NCBI GenBank assembly: GCA_951406725.2
Contig: OX597820.1
Span: forward strand, 91,078,001 to 91,142,000
Length of the DNA: 64,000 bases
Source of the DNA: Octopus vulgaris
Lineage: Eukaryota
Direction: 5' to 3'
Shown here: positions 41,096 to 55,679 of the stretch, piece by piece
Layout of the letters: every line of letters begins with the position of its first letter
Numbering within the stretch: the stretch's first letter is position 1
Notes under the pieces: generated by a model
Database searches by the model: none
The model's input: only the letters and a program-made list of their open reading frames with translations
Told to the model about the DNA's origin: nothing
Position numbers and translations under genes: made by a program

Positions 41096-41169
41096 AGTTG
41101 GTGGGAATCTCTTGTTCTAGGATTGCATGGTTGTAGCCTTCAAAGTGATATGTCATAAACTTGTCAGTA

Positions 41170-41746
41170 CTCCATGTCAAACTTTGTCTTTTATATACCA
41201 AGTACCACTGTGCCATCTTCTCAGTGAGCTGGTCCTTTTTTTTTTATTCTGTTGTTCGGATAAATAAATTTTACCAATGGTCCTTGGGAAGAGATCTCTA
41301 TTAGCTTGTATCTCATACTTTTCCTCAAATTCATTAGCTATCCTAATTATGCTGTTGATTTCATTGTCACAAACTTGAGTAATACTGGTCTCTTTTCTCT
41401 GCAGCAGATGTAGTTTTAGTTTCACAATACATGCTTCATATGACATCAATTCAGATTTGAGACCATGGCCACCATCCATGCATGGAAAGTATAGCTTGTC
41501 TATATCTCCATTGATGTTGAAATCTTGTGTAACACTGAGCAGCTTCTAAGTTCAAACATCCATCTCATTGAGATGCAATTCCATCTTACCTCCAGCTTGC
41601 TCAGGTGTTATAATGTTGTTGGTAGCACAATGATTCTGCAAGAACAAATTGAGGTACCTAGCATATAATTTGTACATGATGTTCTGGCTGGTTATTGGGC
41701 AGCGAATTTTAGCAAGGGTGGTTTGGTTATTTTGGGGATCTGGAGA

Positions 41747-41748
<2 letters not shown>
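41170..41748 (-). pseudogene. R4/Dong-like LINE RT fragments (internally deleted)
   Basis: RCPITSQNIMYKLY..L..H....IITPEQAGG (early RT) and NGDIDKLY..MDGGHGL (post-RT); abuts (TATG)n at 41749-41868. Confidence 0.65.
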
Positions 41749-41777
<29 letters not shown>

Positions 41778-42114
41778 TGTATGTATGTATGTATGTATGT
41801 ATGTATGTATGTATGTATGTATGTATGTATGTATGTATGTATGTATGTATGTATGTATGTATGTATGTGTGCACGTGTGTGTGTATATGAATGTACATAT
41901 ATATGCACATATGTATGTGTGTATGCATGTATGTACGTATGCATGTGTATATGTATGTATATATGTCTGAACCATATAAGCATAGAAATGTGGATGTTAG
42001 GTAATTTTGATTATATGATGATATTATATGATATATATATAAACATATATATATCATATAATCAGGATTACTTAACATCCACATTTCCATGCTTATATGC
42101 TTATATATATATAT

Positions 42115-42154
<40 letters not shown>

Positions 42155-43893
42155 GATATTTAAGATTTTTAATTCTCACTATTACACCTTAGTATGTGCT
42201 GTATGTCTGTGTCTGTGTGTATGTATGTGTGGTATAGTCTGAGATGTAATGCAGTGAGTTAGAAATATTTTATTAACTCACACTGAAGATAGAATAAAAT
42301 GAAAAACATGCCAGTTGCTTTCAATCACTATATCAACTATATTGTTGTCATTTCCCCAAAAGTTAAAATCACTGATATTTTTAGTGTTTTCTCTCCTGTT
42401 TATCAGTCGTATGTCTTATTTTTTTTTATTTCAAACACCTTTGGAGAGCATTTTTGTCGTTTAATTACAAGAATAATCTCAGTTTACTGAAATTTTTCAA
42501 ATCATTTTATTACATATGAGAGTTTGTACAATATGTATATTTAGTAAGCAAAATGTGTCCTCAGAGTATTTTCTCACAATTTTAGACTTTGCATATATAT
42601 ATATGTTTTATTGTGTTTACACACATAAACTTTACAAAAATGTAATTGTTAATACTTATCTGATTTTACACTGCACTGGCAGGAAAAGTTAATGAATATT
42701 GCTCTTCATATTGAGATAAGGTGTAGCAAAAAACTAAAACAGAAAAAGAAAAAAGAAATGGTTTTGAGAATTACATTATATATTTTCCCTAGTCAATCCA
42801 TGTTTTCTGATTTGTACCAGTAGTTGCTATAAAATGCCATTTTTTTCAGTAACAAGATGTGTAATTGATTTAGTTCTGTGAAATTGTTTTATGACGATAT
42901 GTCTGCAATATTAACTATTTTTCTATAGAAGAAGAACAGAAATCCATTTGCTTTCCATATGTATGGAAAGTAAATTGATTCTACAAACTGTAAATTGGCT
43001 ATACATGAAGTATAAACTTCTTGCTGAAGAAATAAGAATATTGTACAAGGCTACTAGTTTTGTTTCAGTGAAAACACCAGGCATAGTGAGACTTGGATAA
43101 TTAGAAATGTAGCTGGTGTATTCATTCTTTAATGATGATAACAATAATAACAACCACAGAAAGAACATAATTTGACAGAAGTAATACTTTGACGTCTGTA
43201 AGTGCATTGTTAAAGCTGGAAGACAAATCTAATGGCTCATTGAAGAGATAACTAGATAGCTAGATATGGAAGAAGGTAATAAAAAAAAAAAAACGAATTC
43301 TATTGAAGACAGATTAATGACAGAGATCAGAGAATGGAGGGTGAATGAAGAATGAAAGGAGCAGATAGAGGGGGACCCAGATATAAAGAGTGGCATTATG
43401 GGAAAGATGACAATTAAAATGCAAGAGGACCTAAAGAATATGACAATGGAGACAAACAATGAAAGAAAGAAAGAAAGAAAAAAAAACAATTTCAGAAAAT
43501 GATGAGAAAAAGAACTTGGAACAATAAATGGGAAAGGTATAGGAAGATGGGGGGAAAAAAAATTATAAAAGTGGAAAGTTAAAAAATTAGAAACAGACAG
43601 GAAATGGAGAGATGTGTTCTGCTGCAAGAGAAAGAGAGTGAGTGCAGTAAGGAAACATAGTTGAATTCCTGGAAGCTTAAAAATTGCATCGATGGAATGG
43701 AACTATGAGTGAAACTTCTGTTATTGTGATTCTGTATTCTGCAATAAAATTAATCAAATTCTTTAAGTTATTGTTTAGATAATTGAATTAATAAATAAAG
43801 ATAACAGTGAATGTATTTAATTAACTACCCAATTCTACTGCTCTTTAGCTGCTGATCCCTACAATATATATATATATGTTTATATGCATATAT

Positions 43894-43948
<55 letters not shown>

Positions 43949-45159
43949 GATAGATAGATAGATAGATAGACAGATATATACATACATACATTCACACATA
44001 TATATATATATACATATATATATATATGTTTATATGCATATATACATACACACACACACACATATATATATATATAGATAGATAGATAGATAGATAGACA
44101 GATATATATATATATACATACATACATGCATATATATATATATATATATACATGTTTATATGCATATATACATACACACATATGCATGTACGTACATACA
44201 AATGTGTGTGTGCATACGTGTGTGTGTATTCATGCCAACAGAACTCTGATTTAAATTTTCTAGCGGTTTATTCCTGAAAAGCTAGTGCATATATAAAATT
44301 CAATCAATTCCGAGTTTCTAAGACATTAACAAAAAATGACATTTGTTTCATAAATAGTAAATAGCAGATGTGAATCATGTTTAGCTCAGGTGATAAAATG
44401 GCAGCCTATTGAGAAAAATATAAACTAACACCAATGACATTCATTTAAATCTATTTGAAAGCCAATGCTTGTCTACATTTCATTACAATATCCAGATTCA
44501 TATACATATGTAAAATCCAAAGTAATTATATTTTTTATCAATTTTCTTTTAACCTTGTACAAGACATTAAACAGAAGAGCAGATGCAAAATTCTAAGTAT
44601 GTATATACTATGCCTGGCTTAAAGCTATATGGTTCTCATTTTCTAATAAGCATTGTCAATTCTACACATCTTGTTACAAGAAGATATGTAATAAAACATA
44701 ATTTAGATTATAGCTTCTACTCAAATTTCTACTGAATTACCTGCTAATACATATATTTTAGAAATGGATTCTAGCCCAATACTCACTATTTCTAACTCAT
44801 TCATTTATTCACTAGCCATCCATTAACATCGATATACAAATGTTATGTTTGAGTTATTTCATATGAAGTTCAGTCTAAGAGTTATAACTTTCGTTTCTAC
44901 TGTCATTGACTAACATATTTATGTAAGTGGATAAGAATATTTCTATCTTAAGTTTAAGAATTATATTTCCTGGTTCAAATTTGTGCCTGTTCTATGTACA
45001 CACCTTGGAATAATGGTGATAATGTGATGACAATCAAAGATCAAACCAATTGAAGCATAGATTAAATGATAATATAAAACAAAGTAAATATCAAAATAAA
45101 AACAAAATTAAGATTCTATGAAAATAGAAGCTAATTTATGCTATGTTATTAAAGTAACT

Positions 45160-45265
45160 TTACTAGCTACGGCGGTACATATTCTGAAATTGGAATGATA
45201 CAAAAAAAGATTAGCATGCCCCTGCACAAGGATGACACGCAAATTCGTGAAGCATTCCATATTTT
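45160..45265 (+). pseudogene. U6: U6 snRNA retropseudogene (full length)
   Basis: Aligns end to end with U6: 5' hairpin, aaattggaatgatac, agattagcatg, aaggatgacacgcaaattcgtgaagc.ttccatatttt; ACAGAGA box mutated to ACAAAAA. Confidence 0.93.
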
Positions 45266-45267
45266 CT

Positions 45268-45665
45268 AGGTGCAGGAGTGGCTGTGTGGTAAGTAGATTG
45301 CTTACCAACCACATGGTTCCAGGTTCAGTCCCACTGCATGGCACCTTGGGCAAGTGTCTTCTACTATAGCCTCGGGCCAACCAAAGTCTTGTGACTGGAA
45401 TTGGGAGATGGAAACTGAAAGAAGCCCATCATATATATGTATATATATGTGTGTGTGTGTGTATGTGTTTGTCCCCCGCAACATCGATTGCCAACCGATG
45501 CTGGTGTGTTTACATCCCCATAACCTAGCGGTTCGGCAAAAAAGACCGATAGAATAAGTACTAGGCTTACAAATAATAAGTCCTGGAGACGATTTGCTCA
45601 ACTAAAGGCGGTGCTCCAGCATGGCCGCAGTCAAATGACTGCAACAAGTAAAAGAGTAAAGAGTA
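45268..45665 (+). mobile_element. SINE family A, full length, joined to the U6 3' end
   Basis: Starts at family 5' end (aggtgcaggagtggctgtgtggtaag); ends aaagagtaaagagta. Confidence 0.93.
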
Positions 45666-46153
45666 CAAATATCAGGATGATTACTAAAAGTAATGTCAAA
45701 ATTATTATACAATGTGTTGTGGTTCGATAAACTATCAAGTATATCTTGTCTCAGTCAACATAAATTTTGTAATAATCTTAATATGTAAAAATATGACTCC
45801 AAAGTGATCAGTGTGTCTTGGTACAAAGCTGAATTACATCAAATGCAAATCCTATATGCAAACTTACCTATGACTAATAACTTGAAAACTCTGTAATCTG
45901 TTTTTTACAAATCTTTATATGTGGCTGGAAATGATATTGCTGTTGTTGTCTTCTTTTCTTCTTCCAATGATGCCTAGTGGTATTTCTAGCATTCCGAATC
46001 CAAATCTTGTCATGTCCTACTTCAGTAGAAGACTTCATCTGTTTGGGTTAGGTCTCCTTTTTGAGGGACTCTCTTTTCTTCAAGTCTTGTAGGTTTTGCA
46101 AAGAGTCATGGGAAAGCCTTCCTTCTTGACTAAAAGAATAGTAATAATAATTT

Positions 46154-46372
46154 ATACAAGCAGGTGCTGGAAAGTTCCTGGTTTTAAGGGTATTATGGAA
46201 GGCCTGATTGGAGGCTCAACTTTCTGAATTCTTTTACAGGGCTTAGAAAAACTGAAGTACCACAACAATAAATGTATAAATCTGAGGGGGAATATGTTGA
46301 ATAATATCACTATTAACTGATCCTCCTGTATTTTCTTTTACCCAATGATAGAAACCTTTCAGTACTCTCTCG
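46154..46372 (+). mobile_element. mariner-derived MITE (~220 bp)
   Basis: TIRs gtgctggaaagttcctgg / gaaacctttcagtactctctcg; interior retains transposase C-terminus (LEKLK....KCINLRG); second copy at 62443-62664. Confidence 0.75.
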
Positions 46373-47227
46373 CAAACACACACACACACACATGTCTGTT
46401 TGATCATGTTGAGGTTAAACAACTATTAAAAACAGCAATGACAATACCCATTTGTTTTATACTCTTTGTAAATTTGCTACTTATGAATACTATTGTGCAT
46501 AGCACCATGACGAGAATATGGTAGGTGCCTGGTTGAAGTTGGTGCTTGGTGCAAGTTTTTCACTGAGAGTACTACCCATCTCTTATTCTAATCCACAGAT
46601 TTTATTCTACTTCCACACTCTCTTTCTTTGTCTATACCTCTTCTTCTTATAACCACTGCATTCCATCTGAACTGAGTAACCTATAAACTATGATATTAAA
46701 ATTAAATGATGATTCTGAAATTAAATGAAATAAATATTACAAAATTAATATTTTGCGCTTATTTTTAATTCTTTGTTTTTAGCTAATAATATTTAAATTT
46801 TTCTAAAATTTTAATTATGCATGCAAAATATTGCAATGATATATCCCTGTAAAAGAGATACAACAATATTTAATAAATTCTAATTAATATAACAATATTT
46901 TATTTCCTCTTTTTGTTTGATATCATAACCAGACATTATGAACAAAAGTTCATGACTCAGTAAGATTAATAAGCAATAGAAAACAAAACAAAAATTAGAT
47001 CATTAATAATTAGAAATTATTATATATTTTTAAGACAATGATTTAAAGCAAAATTCATACCAATGGAAATCATGGATGGTTTAGTTTGGGGTTGAGGTGT
47101 TGGACTCGCAATTTATTGATTCATGGCTAAAACTCAATCATAAATTGTGAGCAAAATAGAATAGGATTCCAGTCCCATGATCAATGTACAAACAAGAATG
47201 CTAGTTGAAACTGGTGATAACATAATG

Positions 47228-47272
47228 TTTAGTTTTGCATATGTTATGTGAAATAACATATGCAAAACTAAA
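47228..47272. repeat. Perfect 20-bp inverted repeat with 5-nt loop
   Basis: tttagttttgcatatgttat-gtgaa-ataacatatgcaaaactaaa. Confidence 0.9.
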
Positions 47273-49066
47273 ATTAATTGCTATTCGTAGAGAATCTTAC
47301 AAAAGGGATGTTAGCTGATTTTTCTTTTGAAGCATAGCAGATTATCTCCACTTGTTTGACAACATATCATATTGATATATCTATAGTAAAAGTTTTGTTT
47401 CACGATAGTCTGGCTCATGTGAGAAAGTCACACACATGTGCACGTGCATGCAGACATACACACATAAAAAATAAACAAGTTTAAGCTGAATACATAGCAA
47501 AATATATAACAAAGAGCTGTTTCACAAATTCGTTCAATTTAAAATGGTTGTGTTTCTTTCCCTTCCATATTAAGTAGGCATGGAGAAGAAGACAAAACAC
47601 AAACATGAATAGAAAATTTTCAAAATAAAAAGATAATAATGAGAGAAAAATAGATAAGACAAATTAAATTTTAAATATATTTGGTCTACTCAACAAAAAT
47701 TCTTTACAAAGCATTTCAAAAATGTTTGACTTAAATTGGAATTCAAATCACTGAAAGCATTAAAAATCAAATATCAGCAATAAAAGTTATAAGAATAAAA
47801 AAAAAGAAAAAGATAATAAAAAGAAAATAAATAAATAAAAATACCATTAACTGAAGTCACACCAATCACGATATATGAAACCAAGAAATAGGGGAAAAAA
47901 TGTCCCAGAAAATGAAGCATCATCAACAATTTGTATGTTGGACAGCATCATGTTAGTTGAATGACATAGCAGTATAAAAGTGTTCTTAGCTCACAATATG
48001 TTTATTTTATTGATTTGAATTCAATTGAAAATTAAATAGAAAAATTGGAAGACTGTAAATCTACTTAGTAAATCTAAAATTCTTCAGCTTAGTTCTTGAA
48101 ACCATTATAATTATTATTATTAATAGTATTATTATAATGATAAACATCAGCATCATCATAGTCGATGTTGTTGTCATCATCATCCTCATCGTCATCACCA
48201 GCAGCAGCAGCAGCATCATCATTATCATTCTCATTATTATTTTGTTTTTTTATGTTTTTAATTATTTATTTAGTTATTCTTTTTTTTTTTTACTTTACTA
48301 CAACCGGTTGCTGTTTACAGAGTACTTGAAGCTGTATTTACTATAAGGAAGTACAAACGAACAGTATTGTCTTTGTTGCATAGATATGTCATGGATGTAC
48401 AACAAGAAACACAGGCTTGGCTTGGAATGTTTGTCTAAATCATGTAGACGCATTACTCATGGGACCAGCAGTTTGTTGAAAGTATTTCACTGTCCCATTC
48501 AAAACAATGCATTTCATATTTGTTTTTTGATTCATAACAGGAGATACATGCCTCTTATTTCTTTCTAAGTATTGATATATTGAGAGATTGAATAAATATG
48601 TGCATGCATGCATGTGTGTGTGTGTGTGTGTGTGTGTGTGAGTAAGTGTTTGTCTGTGTAACTTGTGTAGGTGTATATTTACATATGAAAGTGTGTGTGT
48701 GTATCAATACAATAAAGGAAAATATATATGTGAGCAAATATATATACATAAATAAATATGTAAATAAATATACATAAATATATGTATAAAATATATAAAT
48801 AAATATATATATATATATGAGTATATTTATAGATATATAACTGTATATATATATATATATATAAATAAAATAAAATAAAATAAAATAATAATAGTAAAAA
48901 TATATATATTTAAAATTTATAAGTTTAAATTATTTAAATATTTTAATTTGGAATTTTATATTTTTTATATTTTATATTTTATATTTTTTAATTAATTTTA
49001 TTTCTATGTATTGCCTTATGATTTTCACTGTTTGATTTGCCTAATAGTGGTTTTATCTCTAATTTA

Positions 49067-49104
<38 letters not shown>

Positions 49105-49135
49105 TATATATATAAATACATAAGCATATAGAAGT

Positions 49136-49178
<43 letters not shown>

Positions 49179-49978
49179 GAAATCTTTCATCACACATTTG
49201 TGACCTCTCCAGTGAGTCTTCAATCCATGACAATAATTGCAACACCCACAAACTCTTCATCTCCTTTAGTGCAACAGCATGGAAGACCTCCTCCACAGAA
49301 AGATTTCTAGACAATGGAGATGAGATAAACTAAGAACAATGATAAACAATTGAAGAATGAATATATAGTCACATCAGGAATCTTGCAAAATAGATTTGTA
49401 AATGCACATAGACACACACACACACATGCACATGAGTATATACATATATATACATATATATGTGTGTGTGTGTATGTGTACATATATGTGTATGAATATA
49501 TATATATATATATATATATACAACATACATACATATATACATATATAAATATACATTGATATGAATATGTGCATGTGTATATATGTGTGTGTAGCTCTAT
49601 TGTTAATGATTTTACTTCAAAAACTGTGTTGTTTTGAGTTCAACCCTACTATACAGCACCTTGAGTGAATGCTTAGTGCTTTAGTGCTTGGCCTAATAAT
49701 TCTTTTATAGTGAATCTGATAGACAGAAACTATAGGAAGCCATCTCATATATATATATATATATAAAATACAGTGTACATTTAAACACATTAAGAGGTTT
49801 GGACTTTAGCTGTTCTTTTTAGCATAAAGGATTTCTATGATGGAAACCTCTTAATGTGTTTAAATGTACACTGCATCTTATATGAATATCATATAGTCTA
49901 TTGACAAATTTTTCTATATGCTAGGCCATTGGTAGTAAAAATTTCTAAAATCATTATTACCCTGATATTATTAATTAG

Positions 49979-50024
<46 letters not shown>

Positions 50025-50027
<3 letters not shown>

Positions 50028-50243
50028 TCTTTATTACCCACAAAGGGCTAAACATAGAGGGGACAAACAAGGACAGACAGACAGACAGATTATATCGACC
50101 CCAGTGCGTAACTGGTACTTAATTTATCGACCCTGAAAGGCAAAGTCGACCTTGGCGGAATTTGAACTCAGAACATAGCGGCATACAAAATACAGCTACG
50201 CATTTCGCCCGGTGCGCTAACGGTTCTGCCAGCTTGCCGCCTT
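50025..50243 (-). mobile_element. SINE family C, well preserved
   Basis: Reverse reads aaggcggcaagctggcagaaccgttagcgcaccgggcgaaatgc...gagttcaaattccgcc. Confidence 0.88.
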
Positions 50244-51389
50244 GTATATATATGTATATATATATATATATATACACTGTGTAATACCATGGGCAAATGT
50301 TTTCTACTATAGCCCTGAAATAAGTCCATCACACATACACACACACACATATATTTATATATATAATGGTCCAAGGAGACTTCATAAATCAATAAAAAAA
50401 CACACTCAAAATGTAGAGGAGATTTACTATTGATAGATTATTATAAATTAAGCACGAAATGTCATAAATATTGGTTTCAAATTTTGGCAAAAGGCCAGTA
50501 ACATTGTGGTGGGGGATAAATCAACTACTTTGGCTCTAGTGCCCAACTGGTGGAATTTGAACTCAGATTGTAAAGATGGATAAAACAAAATTATTGGTTT
50601 AAAATTTTGGCACAAGGCCAGTAATTTTGTGGGTGGGGGTTAAATCAATTACATTGACCCCAGTGCTCAACTGGTACTTATTTTACTGACCATGAAAGGG
50701 TGAAATGCAAAGTCAACCTTGGTGGAATTAGAACTCAGAATATAAGGACAGATGAAGTACTGCTAAGCATTTTGCCCAGCAGGTTAATTCTGCCAGTTCA
50801 CAGAAACAGCAAAAATATTACCACTTGGTTTCATGGAAAATTAGTCTTTCCTCAACAGAAAGAGCAGTTTAAAAAACATCAGACATGGTTGACCAGAAGT
50901 GTATAGCTTAGACCCTTTGCACTAAAGGTGGAACTGAAAACATGCAGTCAAAAAATTCCTTCATATTCAGCCTTTATTTCCTCAGTTCCCTCATTGTACT
51001 CTGCTTTTCATGCACACTGATATTGATTTCAAATTCTGGTACAAGGCCAAAAGTGCTCAACTGATACTTATTTTATCAATCCCAAAAGAATGAAAGACAA
51101 AGTTGACCTTGATGGAATTTGATTTCAGACTGTAAAGATGGACAAAATGCCACACTAATGATGCTGCCAGCCCACCACCGTCATGCTCACTAATATCTCA
51201 ATGTAAAGCAGACTTGCTTTGTCTTTTACTGGGTTTCACTGGCCAGTAAGAAATGAATTAATCATCCTGTTCCTTCTCCCATTTACTAATTCTTTAGTCT
51301 TTACTAAGTTTGCTTTAAAATTCTTTAATTCTAAGTTTTGCTTTAACATCTGGAATTTCTTCTCTAAATCCATTTGAGATTAAGTATGA

Positions 51390-51860
51390 GAAGCAGAGCA
51401 TCATCATATCAAAATTCTCTCAGACAGCCAGTATTGAATTCCTTTGTTAATAAATAAAGAATTCTGATGAACAGAAGTGGACTGTGGCCTGAGCTTTGAT
51501 GAGCTCCTCACCATTGCTGACTGCCACCTTGATACTTGCATCAGTATATATGGCTTGTATAGCTTTTACAATCTATTCAGCAATCTTTTGTTTCCACAGT
51601 TGCCACATCATCACTAAACATGAGACCCTGTCAAAAATGTCATATATATAGAGACTTACACCTGGCTAATTAGGTCTCATGTAACTGTCTTAATAAGATG
51701 GCATCAGTACTACTTCATTCTGACACAAAGCTGAATTGCATCTCAGCAGTAAATCCTAGTGGACCAGATGTCTTTCCACCTTCACATCCTAAATTGATCT
51801 ATCTATCATACTGCTGTCAACTTAAATGGCTGGTTCCTCAACTGAACTCAAGTTTGGAAA
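51390..51860 (-). pseudogene. Highly decayed RTE-like RT fragment
   Basis: Minus strand remnants GKTSGPLGFTAEM and FDRV..MW.LWKQKIAE*IVKAIQAIYTDASIKV. Confidence 0.5.
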
Positions 51861-51969
51861 GCTTCTTCCTCCCATACACATGCACACACACATGCATGCA
51901 AACACACATGCATGAACGTGCACACATGCACACATGTGCACATACACATACACACACATGAACAGATGT

Positions 51970-52650
51970 ATGTGCATGGGTGCATTGCTTAGCGGTTAGT
52001 GCATTCAGCTCATGATTGAAAGATTGTGAGTTTGATTCCTCTAAGTGTGTTGTATTCTTGAGCAACACACTTTATTTTACATTGCTCCAGTCCACTCAGC
52101 TGGTAAAAACGAGTTGGTCCAGTAGATCAAAGAACCAGCCTTGTCATATGCTGTTGTCATGTTGAATCTCCATGGGGACTCTGAGACCTCCTTTGGTCAT
52201 GACTGACTGTGGGATTGCACCTAGAAAGTTACCCTCTCAGGTACAAGTCCGGGCAAGGTTATTTATGGAAGACCAACAGCTGCCCATGCATACCAGGCGC
52301 CCCCTCTCCATGCTACCAGTGTTATCCAAGGGAAAGGCAAAAGCCGGTACAGCTTGGCACCTGTAACGTTGCAACCCATTTCTACTACTGAATGAACTGG
52401 AGCAAAGTGAAATAAAGTGTCTTGCTCAAGAACACAACACACAGCTCGGTCCGGGATTTGAACTCACAACCTCACGATTGTAAGCTCGACGCTCCAACCA
52501 CTGAGCCATGCACCTTCACTCCATGGGAACTACATTAATGGTATGCATGTCTGTGGAGTGCTCAACCTCTTGCACATTAATTTCATGAACAGGCTGTTCC
52601 ATTGAGTGGATAAACTGGAACACTTGGCATCATGACCGAAAGAGTGCTAG
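51970..52650 (+). mobile_element. SINE family B interrupted by an antisense SINE (52177-52518)
   Basis: Nested insert flanked by 9-bp TSD ctccatggg (52168-52176 / 52519-52527). Confidence 0.8.
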
Positions 52651-53879
52651 TGTATGTATGTATACATTAATACAAATTGGTACACTTACTCTGTTATCTA
52701 GCTTAACATTATTACCTTGGATCTTTGGTGCCTTTAATAGAATCCATTCTGTTGCAAGTATTTCGACCAAATCTCTAGTTTGAGTATTCCTTCCCCTTTC
52801 CATCTTACCAGCCTCAGAGGCCCTATATAGGGTGATGAGTATGCCTTTTCAGTAGATTGAAACACATAGATGTGTGTGTATACATGCATATATATATATA
52901 TGAGCACGTGTGTGTGTGCATGAGCGGCGGCCTGTGGTGTAGTGGTTGTGGTGTTGCTTCATCATTGTGGGCAATGTGTTGTGTTTTTGAGCAAAAGACA
53001 TCATTTCAGGTTGATCCAGTCTATTCAACTGGAATTAATGAGTAACCCTGCATTGGGCTGGTATCCTAGACAGTGGAGAGTATATACATCATAGAATCCA
53101 GAAAACTGGCTTATGAGTCTCTGGCTCAAGAAGGACCATTGATCATTATTTTGACACAAACATACACATGCATGCATGCACACAAATCAATTTCTGTCAT
53201 TGAGAAGGTGAAATAATTCCCAAACTCCATACTAGTAGTTTTGTGGTATCATTTGGAGATTGATGCAGTGCGTATTCATACACAAATTCTTCAGGGAGAA
53301 AGTTTTTCACCAAGACAAAGTTCCTGTGATTAACTTACACATTCTATCATGCAGAAATGTATTGAAAACAAACATACTTATTTCTTATTTTGATCTTTGT
53401 TGTCTTATATATATATAATCACATTTGTACTATCAAGACCATCATAAGAACCAGAATGAGGTAGACAAAATTGCTAGAACCACAGACATTATGCAAATGA
53501 CATAGATTTAAATCTTAGCTTTATAAAATTAGAAGAAAAAAATATTGTGTTAAAATACAAATTATAGTTTAATAAATGGAGTATATTTATGCACAACTAA
53601 CAGCACCAGTTTGAAAAATAGTAACATAAATTGATCCAAGAATAATTTTTAAGCAATTCACTCCACATAAATTCATGCAAGTGGGTGTTTGCATACCACA
53701 CTTTATGTAAGGGTATTTCTACTGTGTTTCATGTATTTCTCACTATTGAGTTCCAGTTAATAGGCAATAAAATTCTGAGTGACTGACCTATTCTGAATAT
53801 AATTAATTCCATCAAACATACATTTGCTATTACTCATGTCATGTTTCATAAGGTGCACTATGTAAATATATATAACAAG

Positions 53880-54832
53880 CTAAGTCAAAACTATTTTCAT
53901 ATTTCATGATTTGATTAATAATTCAAACAAGTTATATATGTAAAGTATTTATTCACCAAACTATAACCCATCATATACTACTTTCTGTTGCCATCATTGA
54001 GCTAGAAGCTCAATTCCATGCTTATACCATTTGGCTGGTTTCAAAGCTAAAAAAATCTCCATGCATTTGATTTCTAAGTCATCCATGTTTTTAAACCTCC
54101 ATCCATGTAGGAATTAAGCCATGGCTTAGAAAAAGGAGGTAATCTGGTGGTGCAACATCCAGATTATAGGCAGGGTGATGTGGAACTTCTAGTTCCTTAA
54201 GCTCCTCAAATTTCCATTTGATGACATGGCAGAGTGTGCTAATTTCTCTTAGATCCAATTTCCATCCCCAGTTACAATTTGACACCAAAAATGGACATCT
54301 TGAATTCTTGTCAATAGTTTTTCATAGATGTTCCCAAATCGTTGAGCCTCGTCATAGGTCACTTCATGAAGAGCTTCTAAACAGCACAAGGCTGAGTTTT
54401 TGAATTTGTCGATTGATGGTGCTTTGTGAAGGACCAAGTATTCTGCTGACAATGCATGTGTGCTTTTGCTTGGCTCTTATTTATCCATTTCAAGAAAGGT
54501 CTTCCTGACATTGGTTTGTTTTCAAGGTTAGTGTCACCTTCCTTCAAACATATGAGCCAGTTTTTTTTTTCCATACATTCCATGTCATTTCCTAGGCCTT
54601 CCACATCATAAATTTCTTCTGCTTCTGCCCATGCATGTCGTACTTTTTTTTTTCCACAAGGAGAGAAAATGGCTTTACTTGCAATTTTTCACCATACATT
54701 ATCAAAGCTGTAAAATAAAATAAACAGTTCATCAATGAATGGACAACTTGTATGAAATTAATTACACAACATAGAGAAATTAGTTGCTAAAAATCATCAG
54801 TGAAAATGCAGAGAAAATTTTGAGTCAACCTA
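53880..54832 (-). mobile_element. Decayed mariner element
   Basis: Fragments LENKPMSGRP, QIVTGDGNW, HPAYNLDVAPPDYLLF; TIR-like gaaaattttgagtcaaccta. Confidence 0.85.
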
Positions 54833-54863
54833 GTGTGTGCAATATTTATGTGCATGTGTGTGT

Positions 54864-54906
<43 letters not shown>

Positions 54907-55045
54907 TAGAGTGGACGCAAGCACTAATATATGATTTATAAAAACATATGACATATTAATTAAATATCTGTAAATATGAAACCACCCAGATTGCTGTGTA
55001 CCTCATTTCTTCTAACATATAATACCTGTACATAATCTCCAAACC

Positions 55046-55090
<45 letters not shown>

Positions 55091-55141
55091 GTAATATATG
55101 TATGTATGTATATGCATATATGTATATATAATATATAAATG

Positions 55142-55173
<32 letters not shown>

Positions 55174-55679
55174 TGTATACATATATATACATATATATAA
55201 TAGAAATGTGTATGTATATGTACATATGTATATTTATTTGTATATATCTAGATTGTTATCATTCTGTTTATCTGTCTAGCATTCAGTCTATCTCTATTCG
55301 TCTCTCCCCTTCTCTCTGTCTCACACTTTCTTTACACACACACACGCGTGTGTGTGTGTATGTATATATATATATATATATATGTCTATCTGTCCGAACA
55401 TTTTAATGCCCTCTATTCTGTTTTTGTTCCATTTTTATATATATATATATATAGCAGCATACGTACACCCTTGTTCTCATCTTATTGTAGGAATGTATCT
55501 AAATTTTGTACAACTCTTACTTGATCTTTTATTCATCCATCTCATTTTTCTTCTTTTCTCTTCCTCCCCCTCTCTCATATTTCTTGGCCCTCACTTTCTA
55601 TAACTCCCACTATTTCCCACTCGTTTATCTCCCCTGCACCTTTCTCTTTGTCTCTGATTTTTTTCTAATCCTCCAATCC

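Noticed and set aside
45160-45265. Functional U6 gene
   Set aside because: ACAGAGA box and other conserved bases are mutated, there is no clear upstream TATA/PSE, and it is fused to a SINE
48384-48568. Possible host exon after an acceptor-like tctttgttgcatag
   Set aside because: No recognisable protein motif in any frame and no strong donor; left uncalled
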